Positions 42,980 through 57,600 of a stretch of 64,000 bases of DNA are shown here, one piece after another (the stretch's first letter is position 1; each line of letters starts with the position of its first letter). Both the position numbers and the translations under genes were made by a program. Below the pieces are notes generated by a model. The model had not been told where the DNA came from. It searched no databases and worked only from the letters and a program-made list of their open reading frames with translations. Source of the stretch: Eledone cirrhosa (taxonomy: Eukaryota); contig OZ024741.1 of the NCBI GenBank assembly GCA_964016885.1, positions 133,300,001 to 133,364,000 of the forward strand. Direction: 5' to 3'.

Positions 42980-43766
42980 TACACACGCGTACATTAACAT
43001 ACAAAGAGACTTATACACACACACACACTTCTCCGTATAAGACAAAAGCTGAAAAACATCTTTTGACATGCTAAAATACCCCCCCACTGCTTAAAGACAC
43101 ATTTCTACTGACCATCCCTGCTACCACGAATTACTCTGCTATACACACACACACACACACACACACTTATCTTAATAGCCATTTGACACACATCCCTGCT
43201 AACCATTATCACAACATCGAACACCTTATTACTACTACTACTACTACATACACACACACACACACACATACATATTTGTTGTGAAAGAGTCATTTGTCAG
43301 TCTTGGCGCAAAATCAATTTTTTATTCACATGACCTCTACCGACCAATCAAAATTGTTTTGACCACAAGAATTTTTGCAAACACCAAGTAGCGCTGGAGC
43401 CACTTTTTTAACATAAAACCAGTCTTGGCGCAAAATCAATTTTTTACATTCACATGACCTCTACCGACCAATCAAAATTGTTTTGACCACAAGAATTTTT
43501 GCAACACCAAAGTAGCGCTGGAGCCACTTTTTTAACATAAAAACAAGTAGAATTCCCAAAAGTAATCAGATCAGAGCAAACAACACGGGCACTCTATCTC
43601 AAAATTATTTTTGAAAAGCATTTAGAAATGCGCAACCGGTAAAAACTTAAAAACTTAAAACCACAACTGTATACTAACCCATACAATTACTAATACTCTT
43701 TTATTCCTAATTAAACCATTTTTCAACTGTGAACAATTTGTCAGCATTTTCTATTCCGTTTACCAA
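41936..43766. repeat. large foldback element: ~810-bp arms (41977-~42795 / ~42957-43766) plus 41-nt unique tail on the left
   Basis: Arms are reverse complements with scattered substitutions, and each holds a ~122-bp tandem dimer. The tail end recurs at 10325-10345. Confidence 0.93.
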
Positions 43767-43770
43767 CATA

Positions 43771-43822
<52 letters not shown>

Positions 43823-43846
43823 CATATATATATATACATATACATA

Positions 43847-43882
<36 letters not shown>

Positions 43883-43895
43883 CATATATATATAC

Positions 43896-43927
<32 letters not shown>

Positions 43928-43935
43928 ACATATAC

Positions 43936-43988
<53 letters not shown>

Positions 43989-43998
43989 CATATATATA

Positions 43999-44344
43999 TC
44001 ATCATCATCATCATTTCATTTTACGTCCGCTTTTTCCCTGCTTGCAAGGGTGGGACGGGAACTGATGCTGGCTTGATTTCTACAGCTGGATGCCCTTCAT
44101 AACACCAACCTCATTTACAGTGAGTGCTGGGTGCTTTTTTGCCGTGGCACCTCCACGACCACTTTGCAGTGGAATGATATGGACCCCAGTCCCTATCATC
44201 TTATTTCTACAGCTGAGTAAACTGGAGCAATGTGAAATAAAGTGTCTTGCTCAAGGAAACAACACATCACCCGGTCTGAGAATTGAACTCACAATCTTTC
44301 GATTGCAAGGCCAATGCTCTAACCACTAAGCCATGTGCCTCTCC
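43999..44344 (-). mobile_element. full-length CORE-type SINE
   Basis: Reverse complement of 33168-33513. Confidence 0.9.
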
Positions 44345-44346
44345 AA

Positions 44347-45520
44347 GACTTGCAATCTCTGTCTAAATGAAAAATTTACCATTATATCTAATTTAGATTC
44401 TATAATAAATAGACGCACTGACTTGTTTTCTCTCTGCTTGCATAAATTCCACAGAACATTCCATAAAGTATACAGCTAATATCCAATACTTTATCAATTT
44501 AGAATCCTTTTCTCAAAGGCACATATATATATATATACTTCTTTAAAAATATACCCATCTTTCTACCTTATTTCAAAGTTATTTGTTATACATTATATAA
44601 TACTTGTTACTCATTCTATATCACTCCTATTTATCACTTCCCTTTCTTCCTTTTCCTTTTCTTTTCTTTTTCTTTTAATTTCTAACCCCTAATCTGTACC
44701 TTTTCTCACTGTGCCTAACATTGAAACAATTATTACACAATACAATATATTCTTACTTTATATCACCTTGAAAAAATCCTTCGTAAACATAAACATTTTT
44801 TTTTACGTTAGATTATTCATCCTCAATTCATTATTTTTTCTCCCTTTCATCTAACTTACTCATGCTCATCTCACAATATATCCTTACTTACATTACTTGT
44901 GTTTTTTTAATAAACATATCAACATTTTCTTTCCATCTTAAATATTTTTCTTAATACATATTAACATTTTCTTTCCATCGCACATATTATTAAACCCTTA
45001 AATATTATTCTTAATACATATTAACATTTTCTTTTCATCGCACATATTATTAAACCCTTCAATATACAAACCTTAACTTTACATTATTTTTTTCTCTTCG
45101 TTAATTTTCAAATTCTTTTAATTTATACATTATCTTCCAACGGTTTTCAACCTCTCTATGTAAAACAATATATTTTTCTCAGTTATAAAAGCTATCTCTC
45201 TCTCTCTATTAGCCATCTCTCCTCCTATCTCATCCTTCCTCATTATACTCCTCCCCCTCCACTTTTTACTCTCATCTCCTCTTTTTCACCCCCCCCCCCC
45301 TCACATTTTTTTTTTCACAATATCACACATCAATTTAAAACTACTTTTCATATGTTGATTTAAAACTGCACTATTCACAAGTGTTTTTTAACCTTCATAT
45401 CATGTCTTCCTATTTTATCTGATGAAAACACAAATATTATTGCATGATGATATTTGTTTTTGAAATGCGCATAATAAAATACATGGAACTCTTTTAACCA
45501 TCTTTTGATCTTATATATTA
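44347..45520 (+). mobile_element. PLE family F1 second copy with canonical HHR at 45411-45481
   Basis: Colinear with 3430-4560; the HHR core and stems II/III are identical to the copy at 4452. Confidence 0.9.
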
Positions 45521-45641
45521 TATATATATATATATATATACATATATATAAATGAAAGGTATAGAAAGTATTGTAGCAAGAAGCCAACAGTATTCCATAA
45601 TATATATAAGTGACTATAGCGTCAAAATGAGAAAATAGTTA

Positions 45642-45766
45642 TAAAATAACAGATTAAAGTTTAAGCAAAGAATCGCTGCTTTCACTCTTAACGGGATCTT
45701 CTGAAATATATATTTGATTTATATTTATCCTTATCGAGCCCTCTTTGGATTTTAGTCTTCAAATTT

Positions 45767-45780
<14 letters not shown>
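45642..45780. mobile_element. F2 island: inverted arm (motif 45658-45707 -) joined to ~74 nt of tail in the opposite orientation
   Basis: Direct comparison with 27641-27800. Confidence 0.8.
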
Positions 45781-45853
<73 letters not shown>

Positions 45854-46179
45854 ATACTTGGGGGAGGGTCATATTTGTGTAATATTGCCAGAATTAATAA
45901 CAGAACACACTCACTGATTGGTTGGTTTTCGCTTCTGTGTCTTTTATATCGGTAATCTAATTTATTCGGTCCTCAATGTTGCCATTGACTGACCAACGGT
46001 AAAAAATAATACAGATACAATATAGACACAAACACATATATATATATATAGTTTATCCCCAAGTATAACAATATTTGTTTCGACACACGATTTCATATAA
46101 AAAACCTCGCAAAACTAATTCATATATATATATATACATATATATAAATATATATATACGTAAAATGATGATGATGATA

Positions 46180-46987
46180 TATTGCCCAGATGGCTCTATA
46201 GAAATAGTGGACAGCTTCCGTTACCTGGGTGACAAAATCAGCAGTGGTGGAGGGTGCTCAGAAAGTACAGTAGCCAGAGTCAGAACGGGATGGAAAAAGT
46301 TCAGATAGCTTATACCACTATTGGCCACTAAAGGTTTCTCTCTAAAAATGAAAGGCAGACTGTATGATGCCTGCATACGAACAGCCATGTTACATAGCAG
46401 TGAGACATGGGCATTGTGTGCAGAGGATCTGCGCAGACTGGAGAGGAACGAAGCATGCATGCTCCGCTGGATGTGTAATAGTAATATACGTGAACAGCAA
46501 AGTGAACTAAGTGAGAAATTAGGTATAAGAGGGATCAGATGCTGTTTACTCGAGAGAAGACTACGTTGGTATGGTCACGTGATGCGCATGAAAGACGACA
46601 GCTGTATAAAAAAAGTGCAGGGGGATCAAAATTGACGGAAGTTACGGAGTAGGCAGACCCAGAAAAACCTGGGACGATTTGATAAATTCCGACCTTGCAC
46701 CTCTCTAAGACAATGTCTTTGGACCGAGACCTTTGGCGCTATGCAGTAATACAGAAAACCCGCCTTGCCTAAGTACAAAGCGAAACCTACAGTCAGTAGG
46801 CACCTCTTAATCAAATATACACCCCCATCCCACTACCCCAACTCCCCACCCCACCTCCATCAACACCACCCCTTTCTCTGTAAAATTATGTTGGTACCAC
46901 AACATCCAGTCCTAAATATATGAAGTCGTGTAGGTGTCACGACAAAAAAAAAACACACAGTCCACGCTGTAATGTAACCGTGTAGGT
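46180..46987 (+). mobile_element. RTE family A C-terminal fragment with partial 3' UTR
   Basis: [31 protein letters not shown]; contains stops and frameshifts. Confidence 0.9.
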
Positions 46988-47784
46988 TGTGAGCCCCGCG
47001 ATATGGAATGGTTTTTCCAGCGCGTCTCCCTTGCCGGGGAAAAGCCTCTTCTATTCTGTCCACCGGGGCTGTGGGGAGGCCACTAATATGATTGACTGAC
47101 TTGTCATTTTATCAGTCAGATGTTCTTAGACGGCCACAGAAATATATATATATGAGGATTCTTGCACTAAATCTACTGTACTGCACAACCTTCACAATAT
47201 ATTAACTGATCCCTCGGCGTGACACATATATATCAACACACATATATATATATATATACATAATATATTATTCAATTTAAAAAAAAAATTTTCCTCCTTA
47301 GTTCATAGAAATCAACCAGATAAATAATCTGTTAAACGGAGCTAAGTTTAGAATATAGATAAACATTATATATATATAGTAATTAGTAGGTGTATAACGT
47401 TAAGTTAGTGATGGTGCACTAATTTGAGCACTCAATGCTATCATTGGGATCAAGCTACGAATGTAGGTTTCGCCGTTTGTATCGTCACCGTATATTAGTC
47501 GCTGTAATATACAGTGTTAGTAATAAGTAAGCGAGAACGGAGTACAAGAATTTAATCACATCGGAGTTGAAGATGCTAACGGTAAAATCAGTCGAATTAT
47601 TTGAGTTAATCCCTAAATATTCAATGAACTCATTCCTTCATCAGACTGAAGACATTGAGTTATACGAGGGTAACACCAAGTGTAAACAGCCACAGTATAT
47701 AACAACAACGACGAATACCAAAAGGTATTATGGATAGATTCCCAATGGGCATCGAAATGTGACCATAATTTAAAAAGGTATATA

Positions 47785-48077
<293 letters not shown>

Positions 48078-48934
48078 TCATTATTTCGGTCGTATCGTTA
48101 CAAATCAGTCTCTGACCTCATGTAATATTCATGATTTCTGTGTGAGCACCCATTGCACTGCAGCAAAAGAACATGGGGTAATTGGTGAATGGCTTTATTT
48201 AGTTTATACCCCACCCCCTATTCTCCTCGAAGGTTGATGCGTCTAAACAACACTCACTGGTATGTGGAAGTGCATAGCATGATCCGATCTTACACCAGGT
48301 GAGTGAGGGGAGAGACATTTTCAGAGCAATAGATCGATGAATCCCAAATTGATCAGTTTCACTACGATAATAACTTCTTGCATGTGCGTTCTAATATGTC
48401 GAAATCAATTCCTGAACCTTAATGGCCATCTTCGCTGCACTAGGAAGCTATATGATTCCTATTTTTAAAAAAAAGAGAAAAAACTCTCAATTCTTGCAGT
48501 TCAAATGACGCAGTAAACTTGTGATGTACAGCCTTTTTCAGAAGGTGGTTCACAAAATTCATGATAACTTTATGGAACCTCCAAACATGGGAGGAATAAT
48601 GGTTTCTAATTTAGGCTCAAACTTGGCGATTTGGAGGAAGGGGAAAGTCAATTTAAATCAACCCCATTATTTTATCGACCCTAGTCAAAGTTGATCCCGG
48701 CGGGATTTGAACTCGGAACGTAAGAATGTAAGTCGGTGATTGTTGTTTAGCGAAGGTCAGCTCTAATCAAGACCTTCCGGCTATGACCACTAGTAGTAGA
48801 TTATTTAATCTGTCCTTCGTTTCTTGGAAGACAGGCGGATTTGATTTGAGGGAGATTTAGTTGCTAATTTTAACAGATCGAGCGACATCAAAGACAACCT
48901 AGGAGTAAAGATAAATGTCTTCTTTGCCCACGTA

Positions 48935-49285
48935 TTCCTGTGAAGGTCGTGAGGACAGTGTCCTTAAATACTCCTTCCAGCAGCAACCGTCTCCAACTGA
49001 TCCGGCTGGATCCCCAAGCGTGACCAGCCGAGCTCATGGATGTTATCCAACCATCTTTCTCGGGGTCTACCCCTGGGTCTCCTGTCGGCTGATTTTGACC
49101 ATAAAATCTGTCATGGGATTCTTTCTTGAGACATTCTAATCACATACCCATAGTATCGAAGCTGTGATTTCTTAATTTGGAGAAGTAGCGGGAGTGACTC
49201 GCTGATCTCTGAGCTATGCACTCTATCGAGTAACGTAACTCAAGAGACCCCTCGGAAGAATACCATTTCGACCGTTTGTATTCGA
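48935..49285 (-). mobile_element. old RTE 3' fragment (family of 14082-15485)
   Basis: Colinear with 14082-14460. Confidence 0.8.
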
Positions 49286-50311
49286 TAAATGTGAATTGTG
49301 TAAATCTTTTATTCCTTGTTTGCATTATCATCCGATTTTTCAATTCCAAATAAAATACCGATATTTTCATGCATGCAAACTCTCTTTGCTCCGTTCATCA
49401 CCCATTTAAGATTGAACGCTTTGTTTGCGCGTGTTGAAACTTTCTCGAACATAATCAAGATCCAGTGCATTCCATCCGCGACCTTCCCGTCTTTTAATCA
49501 TATATAATTTGTTATCCAGATTCTTCTTTTTTAAAATAGTTTTTATTGTTTCGCTAAAGCTAAATGAGTCTCAAATAGCTCAACCCAGTTAGCTGTAAAT
49601 AGGTAAAATTATGTTATGTCGTTAATCGTTGCACACAGCTGCAGCAAAACTGTCTAATTGACGAGTCTTATTACATTGTGCAGTGTTGAGCTCAACCCCG
49701 TCAGTCGTGATACTCTTTAGTGATGCTCCAATAAAAGATACAGGGTGAATTATAACATGTCATTGTAGATATAGCAACCAAATCCATCTACTCTATCCTG
49801 GGTGTACAATCAGACAAAATTGTCGTGCTTAGAACGCCTTTCTTCGTCGAATTTCCTCTATCAGGGCTTACCTATGTCTAAACAGCCATTTATATTTATT
49901 CGACTAGAGTATTCTTGCTAATCACGCTAGAAAGATGAGATCTGGGGGAAGAATTAAGTATATAGAATATGGGGTGGGGGTTGGGGTGGAAGTACTTAAA
50001 AAAAGCAGTCGAAATGAAGAGATAAGTATAAAAAATATAGATGCAGAAGAAGGTACGTTGTGACGAATTGGTGATGGGGAAAGTATAATTAGATGCTGTT
50101 GAAGTGGTCTGTTAGGATGGGTGGGGTTGATTTCGAAGATTCGTAGACGAATGAAAAGCTATGGGTGAAATATAATATTAGCTGTTTTAAGCAGGATTTG
50201 CCTCCAAATAAATCAGAGGAAATGGGAGTCAGAGAATTTTGAAGAAATACAGAGAAGGGGGAGGTAGTATGTGTGTAAGAGAACAGGTTGGAGGAAGGGG
50301 TGCATCTCCAC

Positions 50312-50345
50312 TATATAACGAAGAGTTTTTCGGCATCAGCAGTTA
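50312..50345 (+). promoter_or_regulatory. alpha-tubulin core promoter: TATA box (TATATAA 50312-50318) and Inr-like CAGTT ~50340-50344
   Basis: TATA-to-Inr spacing is ~28-30 nt, followed by a ~143-nt ATG-free leader to the initiator ATG. Confidence 0.7.
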
Positions 50346-50483
50346 GAAGCAGCCTTCGCCCTCACGAAAGATACCTCATATCTGTGTGAGCGCCGCTTGC
50401 CGTATAATTTCCCACCAAAAACAGCATCTCTTCAAATCCTTCCTTTCACTTTCTTTGTTCAACTGAAAACACATCAGAGCATC

Positions 50484-50486
50484 ATG
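50484..50486 (+). CDS. TUBA: alpha-tubulin coding exon 1 (initiator ATG only)
   Basis: gcatcATG|gtaagt is a perfect donor right after ATG, the conserved metazoan alpha-tubulin intron position. No ATG lies in the upstream pyrimidine-rich leader (50341-50483), a TATA box is present, and exon 2 starts at codon 2 and lacks its own Met. Confidence 0.85.
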
Positions 50487-50784
50487 GTAAGTTTATTATG
50501 TGACAATTAAGTTCTTATTTGTTGTAAGAAGTGATGAGCTTTAAATTTTGTAATTAGTTTCGACACACTACATAAATTTTGAACTTGAATAATTACAAAG
50601 AGGCGGGGGAATGAATTATTCTTTTCATCTCTGCAGGAGTTAGTAAATAATATATTTACCAGAAATAAACTGTAATGATTCACTCGACTCTTCTCTTGTT
50701 TTGTGTATGTTGGCCGTCCGCATTACCAAAATTTCATATTTTGTCAGGGTGGTGTAGTGAAGGAATCGATGTTTAGTTATCTTG

Positions 50785-50822
<38 letters not shown>

Positions 50823-53334
50823 GTCTCTTTTATACCCAAATTTAACCCTGATCGATTTTTGTTTTAACTGCTATGTTAAACTAAATGCCAGACAAATACT
50901 GGAATCTATGTAATCGATTATATCCCTCCCACGCCTACAAAATTTAGACCCTGTCAAACTTTAATTTGTTAACGGTATTTGGTCAATGATTATTCAGAGA
51001 ATACCTGCTAAGTAATACATACCTTTACACTATTGAATTCTGTTCGAACTGTGTCGGAACCTTTACTGGGGTTAACTTAATCGATTACTATACTGCAATA
51101 ATAATGTAGGTTCTCATTATTATCATTATTGTTATACAGTGTCTTATGAAATTCACAACACCATCTCTCTTAAGTGAATATAGTCCTATTCCTATATAGG
51201 AGTTCGTTAATGAATCTGAACTGGTAAAGTATCGATATTACAGCTGTTATTTAAAATCTATGTATATTATTATGAAGTACTCATGTTTAAAGGTTTTGCT
51301 GCTCTTTCTAGAAGAGCGAACAATTGCATAAAGGCTGAAATATTTCATATTGTGGAAGTTATTTTATTTATTTATTTTTGTTAGCCCCACGCCACAAACC
51401 TATGATTTCAATCGTAACTATTGCATCTTTTTTTCAAACTACATTATCCAATGTTTATTTTTTTAATTTTTTATTTTAATTTCATCACTGGAATGTAGAC
51501 ATTATGAACAGGAAGTGTCAACTGTCGCAACCAATTTATTTGTTGTTTAGCCCTAAGCTATCTATTACCGTCCTGTCTTTCTCGACATTCTATTTCTAGG
51601 AATACATTATCTAATGTGTTCTTCAATTAGTAGGTATATTCTACTGCTTTTTAATTTAGTGACCATAGTCTTCCTCATTGGTTCGTATTAGCGATGGTAA
51701 TGGTGGTGATGGTAATGCTGTAAATGAGCTATCGGTAGGGATTCTGGGTACTGGTGAATAATAAGCTTACTAGATGTCATATTCTTCTCCCCTCTTCTGC
51801 CACCGCCTCTTAACTTTGGGTAATTTTTTAGAAAAAGACTTTCAACAAAGCTAAAACTCCAAGATGTGTATTTGAAAAAAATCAAACCAAAAATATAAGC
51901 ACTTATCTTCCCATCAAGAGAGCCGCTAAAGAAATCGCTCGGCCCGCTAGAAACAGCAGCCAAATCCTCCTGTCGCACCAAGACAATTTCATCATGTGGT
52001 ACTGGATTCATTCTCTAAAAGAAAATATAATAGTTATAGCTCGAATGTTTTCGATCATACGCCTGCACGATCGTGGTTGAGTTGGAGTTGGTCCCTTCCA
52101 TGAAATTTTAACAGCTTTTCCTCACATTGCAAAAAATAAAACCCGACATTTTTCGAAGTTCCTCAAAGATGTTAAATGTACTCCTCACCCCTATTAAAAT
52201 ATCCTTATTGTTATTGCTTATATTTTGTACATTTTTTATTTATCGCAAAATAGAACTTCAAAATCTATATTAAAATGCATATTTGCGTTGTTTAGCCCTA
52301 GTTCTGGACTGGATTCAGGAGGCCCAATGATCAATAGTTGTTCTAGCTGTGATCATCTTTTTTTTTTATCTCCAATGTATCCTGTCCATTTAAAGACTGT
52401 AGCATGGTTTAAGGCAGATTTAACTACTATTTCTAGCATGTCAAATGATCACGTAGATGGCACTAACGTTTGCTTGTGCAATAAACGTTAGTCTGGAAAA
52501 CTATTTTTAAAGTAGGATATAGACTAGTTAAAAAAAGGTTAAACAAAACATTTTTGTAATTTTGACTATCAAAATAAATGTTTATAGAAGACTCAAAATA
52601 AAATTTAGTTTAAAAAAATAAAACAATGGTGTTCCTTAATTTGACAATGTTATACACCGACTTGAAATGATGTCATTTAACGAGTTTCGTTGTTTCTGAT
52701 GATTAATTTTGTTTTTGATACTCTGCTTCATTTGCACTTTTTTTAAATACTTTGCCGGAAAACTAAACTTAATATCAAGTGAGTGACGACGAAGGGAAAA
52801 AACTAGAACCAGAGCTTACAAAATGATCAACAACGAAAATAAATAAATCCATTCCAAATGCCCATCCTAGCTTTATCTTAATAGTTAATCACTAGAATAT
52901 CTCACGCATACAAACACACCCTCAGAGTAATAAGTTCTAATTTAGGCACACGACCAGCAATTTTTGTGTTAGGGGTAGACTTAAGTCGATAATACCGACT
53001 TCCAGTAATTAACTGGTACTTAATTTTATCAACCCCGGAAGGATGAATGGCAAAGTTTACAGTGGCGGGATTCGAACTTAGAACACAAGCAACTGGAATA
53101 AATGTTGCAAAGCATTTGTCAGATGCTCTTACGATTCGGCCAATCCAATACGTGCCCACGTTATAATAAATATGCTTTGTGTGCCACTGAGTAACGCGGA
53201 GGGGGTGTGTGAATCATCAGACAAGGGTTTTGTTCAGTGTATGAATGAAAATGTGTTCCATGTATAATTTATTTGATCTGATGTTTTGTTTGCATAATTA
53301 GATGTTATATGCGGGTGTGTATGTTTATAAACTA

Positions 53335-53610
53335 GCACTTCGTCGGTTACGACGACGAGTGTTCCAGTTGATCCGATCAGCCTACTCTTGAAATTAACGT
53401 GCAAATGGCTGGGCATTCCACAGACACGCGTACCCTTAACGTAGTTCCCAGGGAGATTCAGCGTTACACAGAATGTGGCTGGCCCTTCGAATTACAGGTA
53501 AAACGCATTTTTGCCAGCTGAGTGAACTGGAGCAACATGAAATAAAGTGTCTTGCTCAAGGACAATGCGCCGCCGGGAATCGAACTCACAACTTTACGAT
53601 TGTAAGCCTA
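53335..53610 (-). mobile_element. SINE with CORE-like segment and a different body (possibly Nin/Deu domain), in tubulin intron 1
   Basis: B box gagttcgattcc and ccttgagcaagacactttatttca on the minus strand. The body differs from the 33168 SINE, and the domain assignment is from memory. Confidence 0.65.
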
Positions 53611-53629
53611 ACCTTATACACACATATAT

Positions 53630-53663
<34 letters not shown>

Positions 53664-53674
53664 CCCACGCATCA

Positions 53675-54055
53675 TACACTTAATAATCGTTACATTTTAA
53701 ATTCCAATTCCATCAAAATGGCGGTTGGAAATTGTGTTTAAATCAATAAATATAAATCAAGTTACTCAAGCACTAAACGTGATACTGAAAAAAGAACACG
53801 GGTCCACTGGTGAATTTTATAGGTGGAATCGAGAGTAGGATAATGTTTTTCATAACTATATTTGTTAGCACGCACTCGTGTATAATCTATATATGCTGTC
53901 AATTTCTGTTTAAATTCTTAATACTCATGAAGTTCCATCTCCACCTGTAAACTGGTTGTCTGTCACGCCGCACACGCGCACAATTTCCACCCGCCATTGT
54001 GATGGAATTGGATGATTATTAGAATGACTATTTGTAGCGGTTATTAACGTATGGT
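53675..54055. mobile_element. old MITE / inverted repeat in intron 1
   Basis: tccaattccatcaaaatggcggttggaaattgtg (53703) versus cacaatttccacccgccattgtgatggaattgga (53979-54012), with weaker outer arms. Confidence 0.7.
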
Positions 54056-54178
54056 ATAGTTAAACGCAAGAACTGCGTTAGAAAAAAAAATTCTATGAAT
54101 GAAAATATTTAAGTTATATTAGTTCTAATTATAGAAAACAATGTTTCGTTCATGTTTAAATGTATTCAGTATATTTAG

Positions 54179-54671
54179 AGAACACCCCAGTCGATTTCAG
54201 TGGTAACATTTTTTTTTTCTATGTGTTATCAACTAATCTAACCTCCAAGATGCTGGCAATCAATTTGTTTCCCCCTTAGGACGTAGGGCGTGAGTCCCCC
54301 TCTGAGTTATGTCTACAACTTTTTTTTTTCCGTGTCTATTGCGGGAGTCTATTGCAAGCATCTAAGAGGTCCAGAAAAAAATTAAGGAAAGATAATTATT
54401 TCTCACCAAACTCGAAACTCCAATGGTCTTTTCACCTCACCTTTTCTACAAATCTAGTCGTTTCCGGCTGGTTTGGAGGTCCTATTTATTGATCACACAT
54501 ACACACACACATTTAAAAAAATCGAAGGAAAAACTCCGAGGAGGGGGACACGCCTCACTTGTTCTCCGAGTAAAAAGTTGATTGCAAGCATTTTGTAAGT
54601 TAGATTAGTTGATAGCTCGCGAAAAAAAGGGAAATTTTTTTTTTCTCGACTGAAATCGAATGGGGTGTTCT
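54179..54671. mobile_element. MITE with ~23-bp TIRs in intron 1
   Basis: agaacaccccagtcgatttcagt / actgaaatcgaatggggtgttct. Confidence 0.75.
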
Positions 54672-57600
54672 ATAATACCATTTTGTTAAAGAACTTTCGT
54701 AATTACCTTTTCATAATTTTGAATATAGTACATGTCAATAGTGTGTGTGTAAAAAATATTTCTGTGCGTGTTTCCATCCATTCACACCCTTTTTATTAAT
54801 TATATCGTCCCAGACTCAAATGGCTCATACAAAGAATAAATACTATTAGATATTTAACTTTTTGATTTTATTATGAGGTTATTTGAAAGCGGCATATTGG
54901 CAGTTGTTAGAGTTGTAGAATAGAATGCCTTATTCCTTCCGGATCTCTTCTTTCTGAGTTCAAATACTTTTTCATCCTTTCGGAGTCGAGTTGAAAGGTA
55001 TATATGAATTTCACGAACCGGAAATTAAGTTGATCAATCAACTGAATGGTTATCATCCATAATAAGGAATTTAATGTCGAACCTCCTGGAGCATTGAACG
55101 ATGTCAAAATAAGGCCTGAATTTTATAAACTATATATATTATTGTTAGGGATATGGCACAAGCGAATAAAAAACCCAGGTCAGTCCATACAGTGTTTGAA
55201 TTACTGTAGATCTTGCGGTATACTTTCTGCAATTAACTTTTGTAGGGCCTTAATAAAACATAGATACTCTCCTCCTAGCTAACTAATTACACGAGATATT
55301 TAATTAGATTGAAGCTATTTGTCAGTAACGTATTTCACTTACAGGGTTTTGGTCGAACCGATTCTTACATAAAGTGCTGCCCCGTGTGACCCTAGACACC
55401 CGATATTTATCAAATGTCCGTTGTGTATTGCTGGTATTAAAACATTTTGAAAAGTCTCTGTTCATTTAATTCCTAGTCAGACGTATTTAACTTAATTTAC
55501 TAATTAATCCCTTTACGTAAGATTTCAAAACAATGTAACTTAATATTTCCATAATATATACATGCATATGTGTGTATAGCTAAATATATTTTAATATACA
55601 TGAAAAACTAAACAAAACATTGTCACGTTGTTAATGGATCTTTTTGAAATTTTCTCTTTTTAATCATACCTTCCGTATCTCTAAGTCAGTCTGTGCTCTC
55701 AACCTCTTCCATCTCGTTTTTCTATTGAAAATATTCTACTTACTACACACAGCTGCTGCTATTACAGCCGCTTTATCACTACCACCACTCAATATAGCTT
55801 ATGGTAGGTAGAATCGTTACCACTACCGTATACTTGAAGGCGTTATGTGTCACTAATACATCACTTTTATAGATGAGTAACAATTTAAAAAATCCGTAAT
55901 ATTTCATTCCAAAAAGAATGCTTCCCCCTCCAATTTAATTCAGTCACCTCAAACTTGATCACATTTTAAAAATGCTATGTCGATACGAGGGTAATTTTGT
56001 ACTTTGATCATAAACTGCCATACAGCATACAATAATTAAAAACATTAATGACGACTAAACTTATAAATTCTATGATAAACCCCCAAGTATGTGCTCGAGT
56101 TGATTTAACTGACTCTACCTAACTCTCCACTTTACAAATACATGTTCCGCCAATATATATATACGAAATGATCTTCCCACTCTGATGCTGTTGCTAAAAA
56201 AAATAGCAACCAAATCTCCCTCAAATCAGCCTACTATCTTTAAAGAACAGACAAGACACTATATAATGTAGTTCTAGCTACATTAGTCTTCGAAAATAAA
56301 AAACTTCATAGTCATGGATAAAACTTTTTTTTTTTTTTTTTTTTTTAATCATAAGCCAATCAATACATCATAATTTTCCAATAGTAATGGTGGTTTCTTC
56401 TCAAATATATTTCATGTGGGTGTTGGCTGGACCAACAACAGTATGTTGTTTACCATAAATGACGTGTAATAACAGACAGATGATTCACTCCGAGCCAGAG
56501 AGATGACTCACGAGTCAGACTAAGCCAGACTGACAATTTTTATTCGACATGTCAAAATGATTTAAGCCATGACGGACTGAGAAAATTATCTAATACCCTT
56601 ATAATTAAGAACCAAAAATAAACTAAGAGTGAACAAGGACAGCTACGGAGTAGTTACATGTTTGTTGAATCTCTTCGTAGCCTCTGTTTGGAAGAACTGA
56701 ATAGATTAATATATTCCATTGAACAGATATTGTCGGAGAAATGGTAGTGGTAGTTTTGGTTAGACGGAAAACTATGTACAATATTTTTCAAGCTTCCTAC
56801 TATAGTTTCTTCTCCCATGTTTATACGCTCTAGTCACCACAACACATAGTAGTCTTTCTGTATAATCTGTTTTAGGATTGTCGCTAGATTTTATGACGGT
56901 GACTTAAATAAATAAAATAAACTAGCATGTTGGTATACTGTGGAATTGAGTCTTTCGTGACTAACGTTTTGGGCGGGGCTCTTCGTCGTATATTTAATTG
57001 CTAATTGAATAATTAATTTCCAATGAATAAATGATACTGGGAGATTCTTGATTTTAGCACTTTATTTTTACTTTAATACTAACTAGATATTGACACAAGT
57101 GAAAGTGAAGCGTAAAATAAAAAACTGAAGGATTGTTTTCCGTGTGTTCCTCTAATAATCTAGTAAAATTTCTCCCGAAAATTGACCTCTCTCCTTTTTC
57201 TGTCTCCAGAATTTATTCAGCTATTATCTGTAGTTATTCATCATCCTCATCGTTTAACGTCTATCTTCCACGCTAGCCTGGGTTTAGACGGTTATTAAGT
57301 ATTATTATAGTTACCAGCACTGTGACGACTACATTTTCAAATTCCAAAAGTTGAAGTCTAACAAGATGGTGGTGGTGGGCTTACATTTTGTTATGATTAC
57401 TAACGTATTCATTTTTATTCAGTGTTACCCATGTATTAAGTTGATTATAACTTGACTGTCATTCGTTACATTTTAAAACTTGGGTCGTTGCCAGAAATTA
57501 TTTTTCCCACTGCTATTCTGCAGCTATTTATTAGGCGTGTGATACAATTTATGAATCTGTGACCCAGCCAACTGTAGAGTGAATAAACTGGCTGGCTTTT

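Noticed and set aside
41977-43766. Large inverted repeats as pure assembly or amplification artefacts
   Set aside because: Arms differ by substitutions and microsatellite length, and family-specific breakpoints recur at separate loci. Read-level confirmation is still needed.
47600-47650. Minus-strand CTGATGA in a TA-flanked island
   Set aside because: I could not place a GAAA and stem III convincingly; possibly too decayed.
56455-56530. AP-1 (TGACTCA, 56504) and CRE-like half sites in intron 1
   Set aside because: Short motifs are expected by chance; no conservation or chromatin data.
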